A DNA stretch of 64,000 bases, from contig NIVC01002957.1 in NCBI GenBank assembly GCA_002269645.1, forward strand, positions 1 to 64,000, read 5' to 3'. The notes under the pieces are model-generated. The model was not told the DNA's origin, did no database searches, and worked only from the letters and a program-made list of their open reading frames with translations. The position numbers and the translations under genes were made by a program. Below, one piece after another: positions 1 to 8,804 of this stretch. Within the stretch, counting starts at the first letter, position 1; the number at the start of each line of letters is the position of its first letter. Source of the DNA: Macrostomum lignano (lineage: Eukaryota).

Positions 1-1067
1 ATTAGTCGTTAAATTAGATAGAGCAAATGATGTTGGCTTGAACTGGTGATCCCGACGTAGTTTAATGTGTGTCCATGAATCGGTAGCAACATTTTTTGCG
101 CGAACCGACCACCCCGAGGGTATCTCAATTGTTTCACTGCCTGTAATTCTTAATTCAAATATTCTTCTATTATAACCTAAAAATTCAAATTGAATTTCCA
201 TATTGGTTGTGGTTCCGGTATTTGGTGACCATTGTGTCGCAAGGCTTCCATCTCCAACTCGAAAAGCTGTGTTGCCATTTTCAGATGCTGTAAGAACAAC
301 ATCAGGATTTGAAGTATTTGATGTAAGCGGCGTGGTAAAAATATCGGCGTCGGTTGCATTAGCTCGCTCATTTACTTGGCCTAGAGTTATCGAGTCTGCG
401 TTATCTGTTCCAAATAATAAATTTGTTAATTTAAAATTATTCATATTAATATTTCCACTACGAGTGGCAACTTGATTATCGACATAGTTCTTATCAACCA
501 CTGAATCACTAGTTGTAATTGAAACATTTATAATTCGGTTGTTGCTCATATCTAGGTTTCCGGTTGCGGTGGTTTGAACATAACGTGAATCAGAATCAGT
601 TCGAGAATAAGAATCAGTTACATCTCTTTTTAAATTTAATCCATTATCAACTTCGGTTTTGGTATAAGAATCGGCTACGTTCCGTTTCAAATTTAATGAA
701 TTATCAACTTCGGTTTTGGTATAAGAATCGGCTGTATTGCGTTTTAAATTTAATGAATTATCAACTTCGGTTTTGGTATAGGAATCGGCTGTATTGCGTT
801 TTAAATTTAATGAATTATCAACTTCGGTTTTGGTATAGGAATCGGCTACGTTCCGTTTCAGATTTAGTGAATCATCTATTTGAGTTTTGTATAGGAATCT
901 GCAACATTTCTTTTTAAATTTAGTTTAGTATCAACTTCACTTTTTTTATAACCTTCATCTTCATTAATATATCGATTATCTCCAAATGTAACACTTATTC
1001 CACCAGATGTGCCACCACCACCACTACTTGTTGTTCCGTTCCATGAGGGTGTTCCAGAAAATAACAT
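1..1067 (-). pseudogene. Fibre/spike-like virion protein, frameshifted
   Basis: Start MLFSGTPSWNG at 1067, then 19-aa repeats (KTEVDNSLNLKRNVADSYT) and GNLDMSNNRIINV-type motifs typical of viral fibre proteins. A 1-bp deletion near 885 and further shifts downstream break the frame. Confidence 0.55.
607..950 (-). repeat. 57-bp coding tandem repeat, about 6 copies, in the fibre-like gene
   Basis: Units start at 607, 664, 721, 778, 835 and 891; the fifth unit is 56 bp, which explains the frameshift. Confidence 0.9.
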
Positions 1068-1114
1068 TTTTTACTGTCTATTTTATAGAGTCTAAAATCG
1101 CCTAGCGGACTCCG

Positions 1115-1556
1115 TCATCGATCGCATGCTTTGCATGATATTCTTAAATACTTCGGGGTTTCCTTCGAGTTATTAATTTTATATAAAAAATACAACGCCG
1201 CTTGCCCGCAATAACTTTTATCAAAGGTTTGAAATTGTTCGTGATGATCTCCACATAAACGATTTTTAGTATGATTAAATTTATCTTTTATTTCCTGTAA
1301 CGGAGGAAGCGCGTATGAATCAAAAAAATAAACAAGTTTAGGTTTGAATAAACTGCCGACCAATGAACACCATTTTCTTTTGTTGTTTCAATATTAACAA
1401 TGAAAGATCCATATTGTGGTAAGTCTTTTATCTCATCCGCATAACACATCTGAATGGTTTTATTTTTAACTGCCTCCTCGCCCAATTTGTTAATTCGATA
1501 TTGCTTGTTGTGTCCGTTCCATATCTTTGTTTAAAATCATCCCACGTCATGGTCAT
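1115..1556 (-). pseudogene. Adenain-like cysteine maturation protease, frameshifted
   Basis: Across frames: TTSNIEL, FRCVMR(DE), NGVHW (catalytic His), YFFDSYALPP (Asp), Q..SYCG (Cys). Several 1-bp indels. Confidence 0.85.
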
Positions 1557-1557
1557 T

Positions 1558-1740
1558 TTATGTTCCTGAAAAACTCTTGGTTTTAGTTAGTTTCGTAGGT
1601 GTGGGTTTTAACAATTCCTTTCTTATTTTATCAGCTTGTAACTGCCTTAATTTTGCTAGTTCTAGTTCGTAATTATCTTCAGCTTTTTTAACTTTTTCTG
1701 ATTGTTTTTTTATTAAATTATTATTATTATTATTACCCAT
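1558..1740 (-). CDS. Small basic hypothetical viral protein (60 aa)
   Basis: ORF packed between penton and protease, with the same TAAAA-ATG start context as the other viral genes. Confidence 0.5.
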   Translation of the reverse strand: MGNNNNNNLIKKQSEKVKKAEDNYELELAKLRQLQADKIRKELLKPTPTKLTKTKSFSGT

Positions 1741-1753
1741 TTTTACTATAGGA

Positions 1754-2538
1754 TTAAACCTGTTTTATACGTAAAATTATTGTTATTGACTGCCCACCAA
1801 AACTTATTAATCTATCGCTTTCATCTACAATCCTAATATAAATTGATTGAACATTATATTGATTTAATGGGTAATATATTGGGGTTTGGGGTGCAACAAT
1901 CATTTTCTCTCCAATTGGAACAGCAAGAAATGGGATTGAATAAATAATTCCACGTTGAACCAAAACTCCGTTATCGTCTGTTATATAACCCCGTTTGAAA
2001 TGTCGGTTGTTATATTAATTGTATTTACTCCACCCTCTATATTTCCAACTGTATCACCGGTGCTTGATGTGGTAACTATTCGGGAATTAAATCCAAGTAT
2101 GGTTCTGAGTGAATTTGCAATTGTGAAATCAACCTGATATCCGGATCCTAGTGATAGTGTGAATCTGCCAGACGGTAAATCAACACCTATAACAATTGCT
2201 CCTGCTACCCAATCACCATTAGTTGTTAATTCTCCTTCTATATAAGCATTCAAATCAGTATAGCTATACGCTCCTGGGTTAACGCTAAATGTTGTCCAAT
2301 TGGCTCCGGAATCTTTAGAATATCTAAATTGATTATTTGTTGCATTAATTAATTGAGGCATGTTGAAAACCGAAAATAGAATTAAACCTATTTGATAACT
2401 TAGGCTTTGATCAAGTTGTAATGGATCGCGCAATTGAATCCGTTGCTCGCTGGTTGTCATTATAAACTGTAATGTTGTACTAAATTTTGAATTAGTTCGA
2501 TCTACCAATTGTTTTATAGTATCTAAATTTGTAGTCAT
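1754..2538 (-). pseudogene. Minor capsid protein (penton), one frameshift near 1985
   Basis: ORF 1981-2538 (PGAYSY, LRTILGF, INITTDI) continues in ORF 1754-1963 (IIYSIP..VP.G, PIYYPL, IRIVDESDRLISFGG), matching the Polinton penton pattern. Confidence 0.8.
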
Positions 2539-2557
2539 TTTTATAGTGGGAAATTAA

Positions 2558-2679
2558 TCGGACGAAGTCCGCGTTCCGAAGGAACGATCGTACCGAAGGT
2601 ACGCGTGCTATGCACGATCGAACGAAGTTCGCGACCCTATGGGGCGATCGTACCGAAGGTACGCGTGCTATGCACGATC
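2558..2679. repeat. Array of 8 CG-bounded triloop mini-hairpins at the ATPase 3' end
   Basis: CGGAC-GAA-GTCCG, CGTTCC-GAA-GGAACG, CGTACC-GAA-GGTACG, CGTGC-TAT-GCACG, CGAAC-GAA-GTTCG and others, joined by CGCG or CGATCG. Confidence 0.9.
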
Positions 2680-3468
2680 CTCTTCTTCCTCATTATCTTC
2701 TTTTATCAAATTTGTTAAAATTCTATGTTTCCTTTCTAACCTCGGATTGATATAAATATGTTTGTATTGGCTATCATCCCAAATTTTTTTACACATACTT
2801 TTAAATGGTTTTGCATCCAATCCGGGATTAAATCTAGCGTGAATATTTTGTAGATCATAGTTATCTAAATCAAACATTACACAACAGCTAGCATTCTTTT
2901 TTATAATCGATTCTAATTCTCTAAAGGATTGAGTAAGATAAAAAGCTCCAATTCCATCTCCTCTACCACTAACAAAAATTTCCTTTTGTAATTCTTGATC
3001 ACCGTCATTAATACAATCATCAAAAATAATTAGTGTTTTATCATGTTTTGGAATTTGATCATAGGCTAATCGGGTTGATACTCTAACAGTTGGGGCGCGA
3101 TCGGACGAAGTCCGCGACCCTTCGGGGCGATCGGTGATGTTTTCTGGCTGTTGTGCCATTGTTTTACATAAATCCTCAATGTCTGCTAGATTAAATCGCG
3201 GTTCGTCATCATCCTCATATTGCTCATATGCTCTTAACATTCTAAACAAGACATCTTTTTTTAATTTGTTTTTTAATCCATGTTTAAGAAATTCATAATA
3301 TTTTATTCTAGGTTTATTAGTATAAATTATTAAATTATTATAGTCTAACATTCCATCTGTTGTTAATAAATCGTAAACAAAGTGTGTTTTTCCTTTACCT
3401 GATCCTCCGATTACTAAACAAAGAAAAGGATCATTTGGAAATATTTTATTGTGTTTTGCCTTTACCAT
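2668..3468 (-). CDS. A32/FtsK-like DNA packaging ATPase
   Basis: Walker A GGSGKGKT, Walker B LIIFDD, followed by GRG..IGAFYLTQ; 266 aa. Confidence 0.92.
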   Translation of the reverse strand: MVKAKHNKIFPNDPFLCLVIGGSGKGKTHFVYDLLTTDGMLDYNNLIIYTNKPRIKYYEFLKHGLKNKLKKDVLFRMLRAYEQYEDDDEPRFNLADIEDLCKTMAQQPENITDRPEGSRTSSDRAPTVRVSTRLAYDQIPKHDKTLIIFDDCINDGDQELQKEIFVSGRGDGIGAFYLTQSFRELESIIKKNASCCVMFDLDNYDLQNIHARFNPGLDAKPFKSMCKKIWDDSQYKHIYINPRLERKHRILTNLIKEDNEEEEDRA

Positions 3469-3552
3469 TTTTAAAGAAATAATTTAAATAGGCGCGACGG
3501 TCGGAGACCTGCACTCATTTTACAATGGCGCGACGTGCTTTGCACTGCGACA

Positions 3553-5025
3553 CTAAAGTGGCGCGTCCCGAACAATCGTGCCATCAGCTTTAGCAATTGA
3601 CATATATTCCTCTAGAAACAATACGTGGGCGTCAAGTGCCTGATTACCGGTTTTATTAATCTCTAACATATAATTAAGTCCAATATTGGCTACGTTTTCT
3701 TTCTGTGCCGTTAGATCATAAACAACCACTGGATGAATGTTTAGAAACTCTGTGGGTGTGTACTGAGGGACGGCATACGCTTCATTTTTGGCATAATCTT
3801 GATAATATTTTATAAAATCATTAACATTATTATTTGCTATATTTAAATTTAGGGGGTCTTTAACCGGATAATATTGATCATCAACCTGCAGGCGGATATT
3901 CTGAACATTAAACTCGTTAATTGCAGCAACTGCGTTGTCTGTTGCGGTAGCTGCTTGTGCTGCTATGTCACCCGATTGAAGCCAATATAAATCCCCATTT
4001 GCTCTTTTACTCCTTCTGTTTGTTATTTTAAACCAAACAAAAATATATCTCACCCGACGTTTTGATGTCAGTATTTGCCACTGGAATGAATCCTGATTGT
4101 TATTAATGGTTCGCATAAAGTGTCTACGATTCAAATAAAATATTTCCTGATCATGCGTTAACTGATTATCGATGTGTTTTAAAAGTGGGGCTGTTACCTC
4201 AATAGTTGGTACGACTAATTGAATTGAATCTATACGAACTGCTATATCGGTTGAAATTGAGGTTCCATAAAGTATCCTAGGCTGATATCCACCAGATATT
4301 TGCAACTGTATCCCAAATTTTAATCCTTTCCATACCCGATTTGGTGAGAAGAACCCAAATAGCGGGAAGATTGAAAAGTCCTGCTCATATGCGGTTGCTG
4401 TGGTTAAAACCGCTACTGGGAATTTAGTCTGTCTATCTATAAAACCAGTATTAATATCTTTTGTATTAGTCATAGTGGTTACAACTGGAACTATGTTTGT
4501 ATTAAGGTAAACAATTAGCGCTGCAGTATCTGCACCGGCTGCGTTTTGTACATTAGGGAAAACTACTGCTTGACCGTTACCTTTATCCGGCATCCACCCA
4601 ACATTATCACCAACTTGTTTTGATAAATAAGTATAATTTAAATGTTTCAAAACTCCATTAATCTCTGCGGGGTTTGATGATGTCTCAACCTCAGCACCAT
4701 TAACAGTTAGTTGAGCTTGGGAAAAACATTTATAAAACCAATCATTTTCTATTATTATTCCGGATCGATCTGCGATATCTCCGGCTGCAAGAGCAGTTCC
4801 ATCATTTCTAGTATACAACCATCTAACACGGAAAAATGCATTTTTCATATCCAATATAGTGTTGGTTGCGCCGATGTCAAAAGTTACCGTTCCAGTAGTA
4901 AAGTTATTTGAATTATCACTTGTTGGTAGGGTATAATTTAAATCTCTTGCTCTGACCTCATTAATATACTGTCGGTGCTTTTTGAAATGAAATTTATCAC
5001 TCCACATAGTTTTTGTTTCAGCCAT
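3553..5025 (-). CDS. Major capsid protein (double jelly-roll, hexon-like)
   Basis: 490-aa intact ORF next to the ATPase and penton; Polinton MCP-like motifs (FSQAQLTVNGAEVE, DQYYP..PL, HPVVVYDLTAQ). Confidence 0.82.
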   Translation of the reverse strand: MAETKTMWSDKFHFKKHRQYINEVRARDLNYTLPTSDNSNNFTTGTVTFDIGATNTILDMKNAFFRVRWLYTRNDGTALAAGDIADRSGIIIENDWFYKCFSQAQLTVNGAEVETSSNPAEINGVLKHLNYTYLSKQVGDNVGWMPDKGNGQAVVFPNVQNAAGADTAALIVYLNTNIVPVVTTMTNTKDINTGFIDRQTKFPVAVLTTATAYEQDFSIFPLFGFFSPNRVWKGLKFGIQLQISGGYQPRILYGTSISTDIAVRIDSIQLVVPTIEVTAPLLKHIDNQLTHDQEIFYLNRRHFMRTINNNQDSFQWQILTSKRRVRYIFVWFKITNRRSKRANGDLYWLQSGDIAAQAATATDNAVAAINEFNVQNIRLQVDDQYYPVKDPLNLNIANNNVNDFIKYYQDYAKNEAYAVPQYTPTEFLNIHPVVVYDLTAQKENVANIGLNYMLEINKTGNQALDAHVLFLEEYMSIAKADGTIVRDAPL

Positions 5026-5059
5026 TTTTTTAAGTTAAAAAAGTTTTTTATGTTAAAAA

Positions 5060-5731
5060 ATGAGTCAATTTATGGACGTTGATGGAGAGTTAGCGATTTA
5101 TAAAGAGAAGCAAAGATATTCTGATTTTGTTAGAAATTTACAAAAAAGAAAGTTAGGAATACAATTAGCTGGCGAAAGATTTGCTGCTCCTTTTGTTAAT
5201 CCTATTACTGGGAAAATTAGTGAACTAGAAAAAACAGATAAAGATCTTCTGGAAAAAATTGCTAAAAATACTGAGCCAAAAGAGGATGAAATTTTGGATG
5301 AGCCGCCTGCTTATGATGTTGATCAAGCTCAATTGAGAATTGCAGAGATTAGACGTGCAGAGCGGGGCGATCGGGAACAATATCCAAGAGTACCAGCTAG
5401 TATTGCTGCGACAGATTTAGGTAATAATAATTATCGAATTGGTGGAGTTGATAAAAATCGAAATGAACTATATAGAGAATTGGGTGGAGCATATAATATT
5501 GTTATGAACCCTAGGGTAAAGTTTAACCCTGATTTATATACTAGGGATGAATTAATAAGTGCTAGAATTTTTTATGATGAGTTAGGAGGAGCTGTTAAAA
5601 ATACCAGCTTGTATAAAAGGATTGTTAATTCTATAAATAACAAACCGCCTGTTGGTGATGGATTTAAAACACCACGAAAACTTGTTTTAGCTGCTGCGAA
5701 AGCTGCTGGACATACAGGAATCGCCCCGTAG
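5060..5731 (+). CDS. Hypothetical viral protein, possibly a core protein (223 aa)
   Basis: Intact ORF divergent from MCP across a 34-bp AT spacer; function not recognised. Confidence 0.65.
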   Translation: MSQFMDVDGELAIYKEKQRYSDFVRNLQKRKLGIQLAGERFAAPFVNPITGKISELEKTDKDLLEKIAKNTEPKEDEILDEPPAYDVDQAQLRIAEIRRAERGDREQYPRVPASIAATDLGNNNYRIGGVDKNRNELYRELGGAYNIVMNPRVKFNPDLYTRDELISARIFYDELGGAVKNTSLYKRIVNSINNKPPVGDGFKTPRKLVLAAAKAAGHTGIAP

Positions 5732-5783
5732 GGTCGCGAACCAAAGGTTCGATTAATTAATTGTTAAATTTATTTTTTATAAA

Positions 5784-6353
5784 ATGGATGAAACAAAAAT
5801 TTGTACTACGTGTAAAATTGAGAAACCGATGACTAAAGAATTTTTTTGTTGGAGAAATGACACAAAAAAATTTAAAAATCTTTGTCGATCTTGTGAGAAA
5901 GTTAAATGTACTATGTGGAGAATAAACAATAAAGATAAATGTAATAAATATGCAAAAAATAAATATCGCACTGATGAAAATTTCAAAAATATTAGTCTAA
6001 TTAGAGCTAAAATAACTTGGGCATTGAGAACTTTTCATGACAAACATTATATCTCCTATCTTGGTTGCACAAAAGAATTCTTTTTTGATTGGTTAAATTT
6101 CACAAGAAATTATTATGTTCCAAAAAAATATACTGGAAAGTTAGATATTGATCATTTCATTCCCGCTTCTTCATTTAATTACAAAGACGATGATCAGATT
6201 AAAAAGTCTGAAAATTGGAGAAATAAAAGATACTTAACTAGCGTAGATAATAACTATAAAAAAGTTAAACAACCAACAATTGAAGAATTTGCGAAACAAT
6301 TGGTGCTATCATGTATTTTTAAGGCTATTAAAAATGAACCAAATAGTGTTTGA
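5784..6353 (+). CDS. Free-standing HNH/endonuclease-VII-like nuclease with N-terminal CxxC pairs
   Basis: CTTC...CRSC zinc ligands, YLGC, LDIDHFIPASSF, ENWRN, DNNYK: pattern of HNH nucleases common in large DNA viruses. Confidence 0.82.
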   Translation: MDETKICTTCKIEKPMTKEFFCWRNDTKKFKNLCRSCEKVKCTMWRINNKDKCNKYAKNKYRTDENFKNISLIRAKITWALRTFHDKHYISYLGCTKEFFFDWLNFTRNYYVPKKYTGKLDIDHFIPASSFNYKDDDQIKKSENWRNKRYLTSVDNNYKKVKQPTIEEFAKQLVLSCIFKAIKNEPNSV

Positions 6354-7911
6354 AGGAGGATTTTTAGACTTACAAAAAGGATTAACGAGCTTACCACCAA
6401 TCTTTACTACTGGTAAATATACAGGGGAACTACACCTACCATCAATGAACTTCACAGGTTAACCCGTGGCCTGAGTGAGGAAGGCAATGTCCTTGCTAGT
6501 CACTATTTGTGGCGACATCTCCAAATTGCGTGAAACCCGTCATACAGCTTCAAGTACCACTTCAAGTGAGAAATCTTTTGAAGGAACAGAGGTAACTCCT
6601 CTTCCCAAAGGTAAAAAGCTTGAAGACACGGTGGCAATGCGCAGCCAAGCTCCTAAGTATTTTAAATATAAGGAGAAGGTTCAGAGAGCAGACGGAGATG
6701 GGCGGTAATTATCGCCGCTTAAGGTGTGCTCCAGCCTCATTCGAAAGATTGAGGGTAAACAGCCGGGGACTAGACTGGATTTAAGATTAAATCCTGACAA
6801 TACTCCAAAATCTGATTCAATTCCAATAAATGGGATTGATTGGTTAGCATACTATCACGACTTAGCATATAGAGATGCTGACAAGAACCCGCCCGAGGAA
6901 GCATTAAGATTAAAACATGAAGCCGATCAAAAAATGATTCAAGGATTAGATAACTTGCAGGGATTATCGGTAGGTCAAAAATTAACTAGGTGGATGGTTA
7001 AAAAGATCTTGCAGTCTAAAGTTAAATTTGGTTTGGGAATTAATTATAATCAACATGGAAATAATTGTGTTGAGTGTTTACTATTAAGTGGCAGTGGGTT
7101 AAGTTCTGATGAGGCAAAGATTCTTCATAAAGAATATCGAAAACCTAAATTTTATAGAAAAATCATGAACTTCAAAAAGAATGAAATTTGGTATTCTGAT
7201 TTAATGTCGATGCCGAAAGATCTGGGATATAAATATATCTTAACCATATTAGATGGTTTTACTCGATACGCGTGGGCTGTTCCTTTAAAATCCAAAAAGG
7301 GAGAGGAGGTTGCTGCTGCTTTTAGAAGTCTTGGAGAAAAAAGCGAAAGATTGTGTGTTGATGAAGGAAAAGAATTTTACAATCCTCATATGTATAAATT
7401 GTATCATTTTGAAAAAGGAAAAGAAAGGAAAAAAGACGCGAATGGGGAGTATATTAATAAAATTTATTCTATTTATGGAGAGAGTAAAAACGCATTAATA
7501 GAAAGATTTAATCGAACTTTAGGTAAGAAATTATGGTTTCAGTTTAGTCTTAATGGAAACCAAAAGTGGGTAAAAATATTACCAGACGTTGTAAAAGATT
7601 ATAACAATTCATATCATTCGGCGATAAAGATGACTCCTCAACAAGCTTATAACAATCCTGAAAAAGTTAAAGTTACTTTTGGAAAATTTGAAAAAAATAA
7701 AAAGAAATCTTTTAAGGTTGGTGATTCTGTTTATATCTATAAATGGAAAGATAAGTTTGAAAAAGGAAGAAAAGGATATTGGAAGATAAGTGAGAAATTT
7801 ACTATCAGTAAAGTTTTAAATACCAATCCTACAACCTATATAATTGCTGATAAGGACGGTGAAGAAATATTGGGTTCTTTTTATGAGAACCAGATAATGT
7901 CTGCGAACTAA
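6334..7911 (+). CDS. PLA2 (parvovirus-type) fused to DDE integrase; join(6334-6459,6763-7911), 424 aa after intron removal
   Basis: Exon 1 ends ELHLPSMNFTG and exon 2 begins PGTRL..PINGIDWLAYYHDLAY (PLA2 Ca-loop and HD). Integrase catalytic motifs WYSDL, LCVDEGKEF, IERFNRTL. Confidence 0.9.
6460..6762 (+). ncRNA. Group I self-splicing intron (IC1-like), 303 nt, no internal ORF
   Basis: 5' exon ends in U; intron ends in G. P1 CAGGU/GCCUG (6469-6473). P3 CAUCUCC (6516-6522)/GGAGAUG (6694-6700). P4 UGCGUG (6527-6532)/UGCGCA (6638-6643). P6a CUCCU/AGGAG. P7 G(A)GAGCA (6684-6690)/UGCUCC (6727-6732). P8 GGCGGU/AUCGCC. P9 CCUCA/UGAGG with GAAA loop. P,Q,R,S-like sequences AAAUUGCG, AUGCGCAGCC, GUUCAGAGA, UAAGGUGUGCUCC. 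Removal restores the reading frame exactly. Confidence 0.92.
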
Positions 7912-7921
7912 GTTCAAACAG

Positions 7922-8146
7922 TTACTTAAGACAACATGGTAGTAAATTTTTTATTACAAACAAAAACAATATTATTACTATAATTGTTACTAATATTATT
8001 ATTGACATTTGTTCAACTGTTATCAAACTTAAATTTTCATTAAGTTCATTAATTGGAACATTTCCGATGTAGGAATAGTTTACCTTCATTTTTTTATATA
8101 TATTTTTCACAATAAATGTCGTTTCTGTTATAGAATAATAGTTCAT
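7922..8146 (-). CDS. Small membrane protein (74 aa)
   Basis: Hydrophobic C-terminal stretch (IIILVTIIVIILFLFV); viral-type TAAAAA-ATG start. Confidence 0.5.
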   Translation of the reverse strand: MNYYSITETTFIVKNIYKKMKVNYSYIGNVPINELNENLSLITVEQMSIIILVTIIVIILFLFVIKNLLPCCLK

Positions 8147-8161
8147 TTTTTAAATATTTTT

Positions 8162-8476
8162 TCACATAAAAATTTCACTTTCATTCTCTGAATCACTGGT
8201 TTCATATGAACTATTTGTTGATTCGGAATCTGTTGATCTAACCTCCCAATCATCCGAATTTAAATAATCTCCAAGTTGAAATATTAACTCACCCTCTTGT
8301 TCTAAATCATACATCTCATCTAGCTCTAATGGATAAAGTTTTAGGTCGTGCTTGTCGTCATATTTTAAATAAACTTCATCAATTATTCCATTCAAAATAT
8401 GTTGTTTTATTATCTCTGCATTTTTAGCAACAGTCTCAAAAGTATCACTAACAGAAAAGGTGTAAACTCGGTTCAT
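8162..8476 (-). CDS. Acidic hypothetical viral protein (104 aa)
   Basis: Intact ORF with TATAAAAA-ATG start. Confidence 0.55.
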   Translation of the reverse strand: MNRVYTFSVSDTFETVAKNAEIIKQHILNGIIDEVYLKYDDKHDLKLYPLELDEMYDLEQEGELIFQLGDYLNSDDWEVRSTDSESTNSSYETSDSENESEIFM

Positions 8477-8566
8477 TTTTTATAACAGAAAAAGACCCTT
8501 CGCGCCTGCGGCGCGTGCGACGGGTTCTAGAAAGTTTGTGTGTGTTGGAGAGAGTTGGAAGCGTTG

Positions 8567-8804
8567 ACGATACAAAATACCCAGCAAACCAAAGCGAACG
8601 ACGAGAGCGTGTTCTCACCATTCAAAAAGAATTAATCGTTGTAAGTGTGAAATGGCCTGTTTGACCGAAATGAAGCGAGGATGAGCGAAGCGAGTTGAGC
8701 GAAGTGAAGACGAGCGAAAATGAAGGGAAACAGGCCATTTCACACTGATAAAGGGTTAAATTGTTTGCAATGGTGAGAATGGTTTGCTGGGTATTTTGTA
8801 TCGT
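8567..8804. repeat. ~240-bp imperfect foldback palindrome
   Basis: Three nested perfect stems (25, 11 and 19 bp) around a purine-rich loop with GAGCGAAG repeats. Confidence 0.9.

Noticed and set aside
6458-6762. Spliceosomal GT-AG intron reading of the PLA2 insert
   Set aside because: Splicing at GT 6458 and AG 6762 gives TTC ACA GCC GGG GAC TAG (frameshift and stop). Only the group I boundaries restore FTGPGT.
6453-6762. Small transposon with ACAG target-site duplication
   Set aside because: Excision leaving one ACAG breaks the frame, the TAACCC/GGGTAA inverted match is trivial, and the insert folds as a group I core.
6475-6762. ORF 6475-6708 and the GTG start at 6724
   Set aside because: Both lie inside the ribozyme; no protein motifs.
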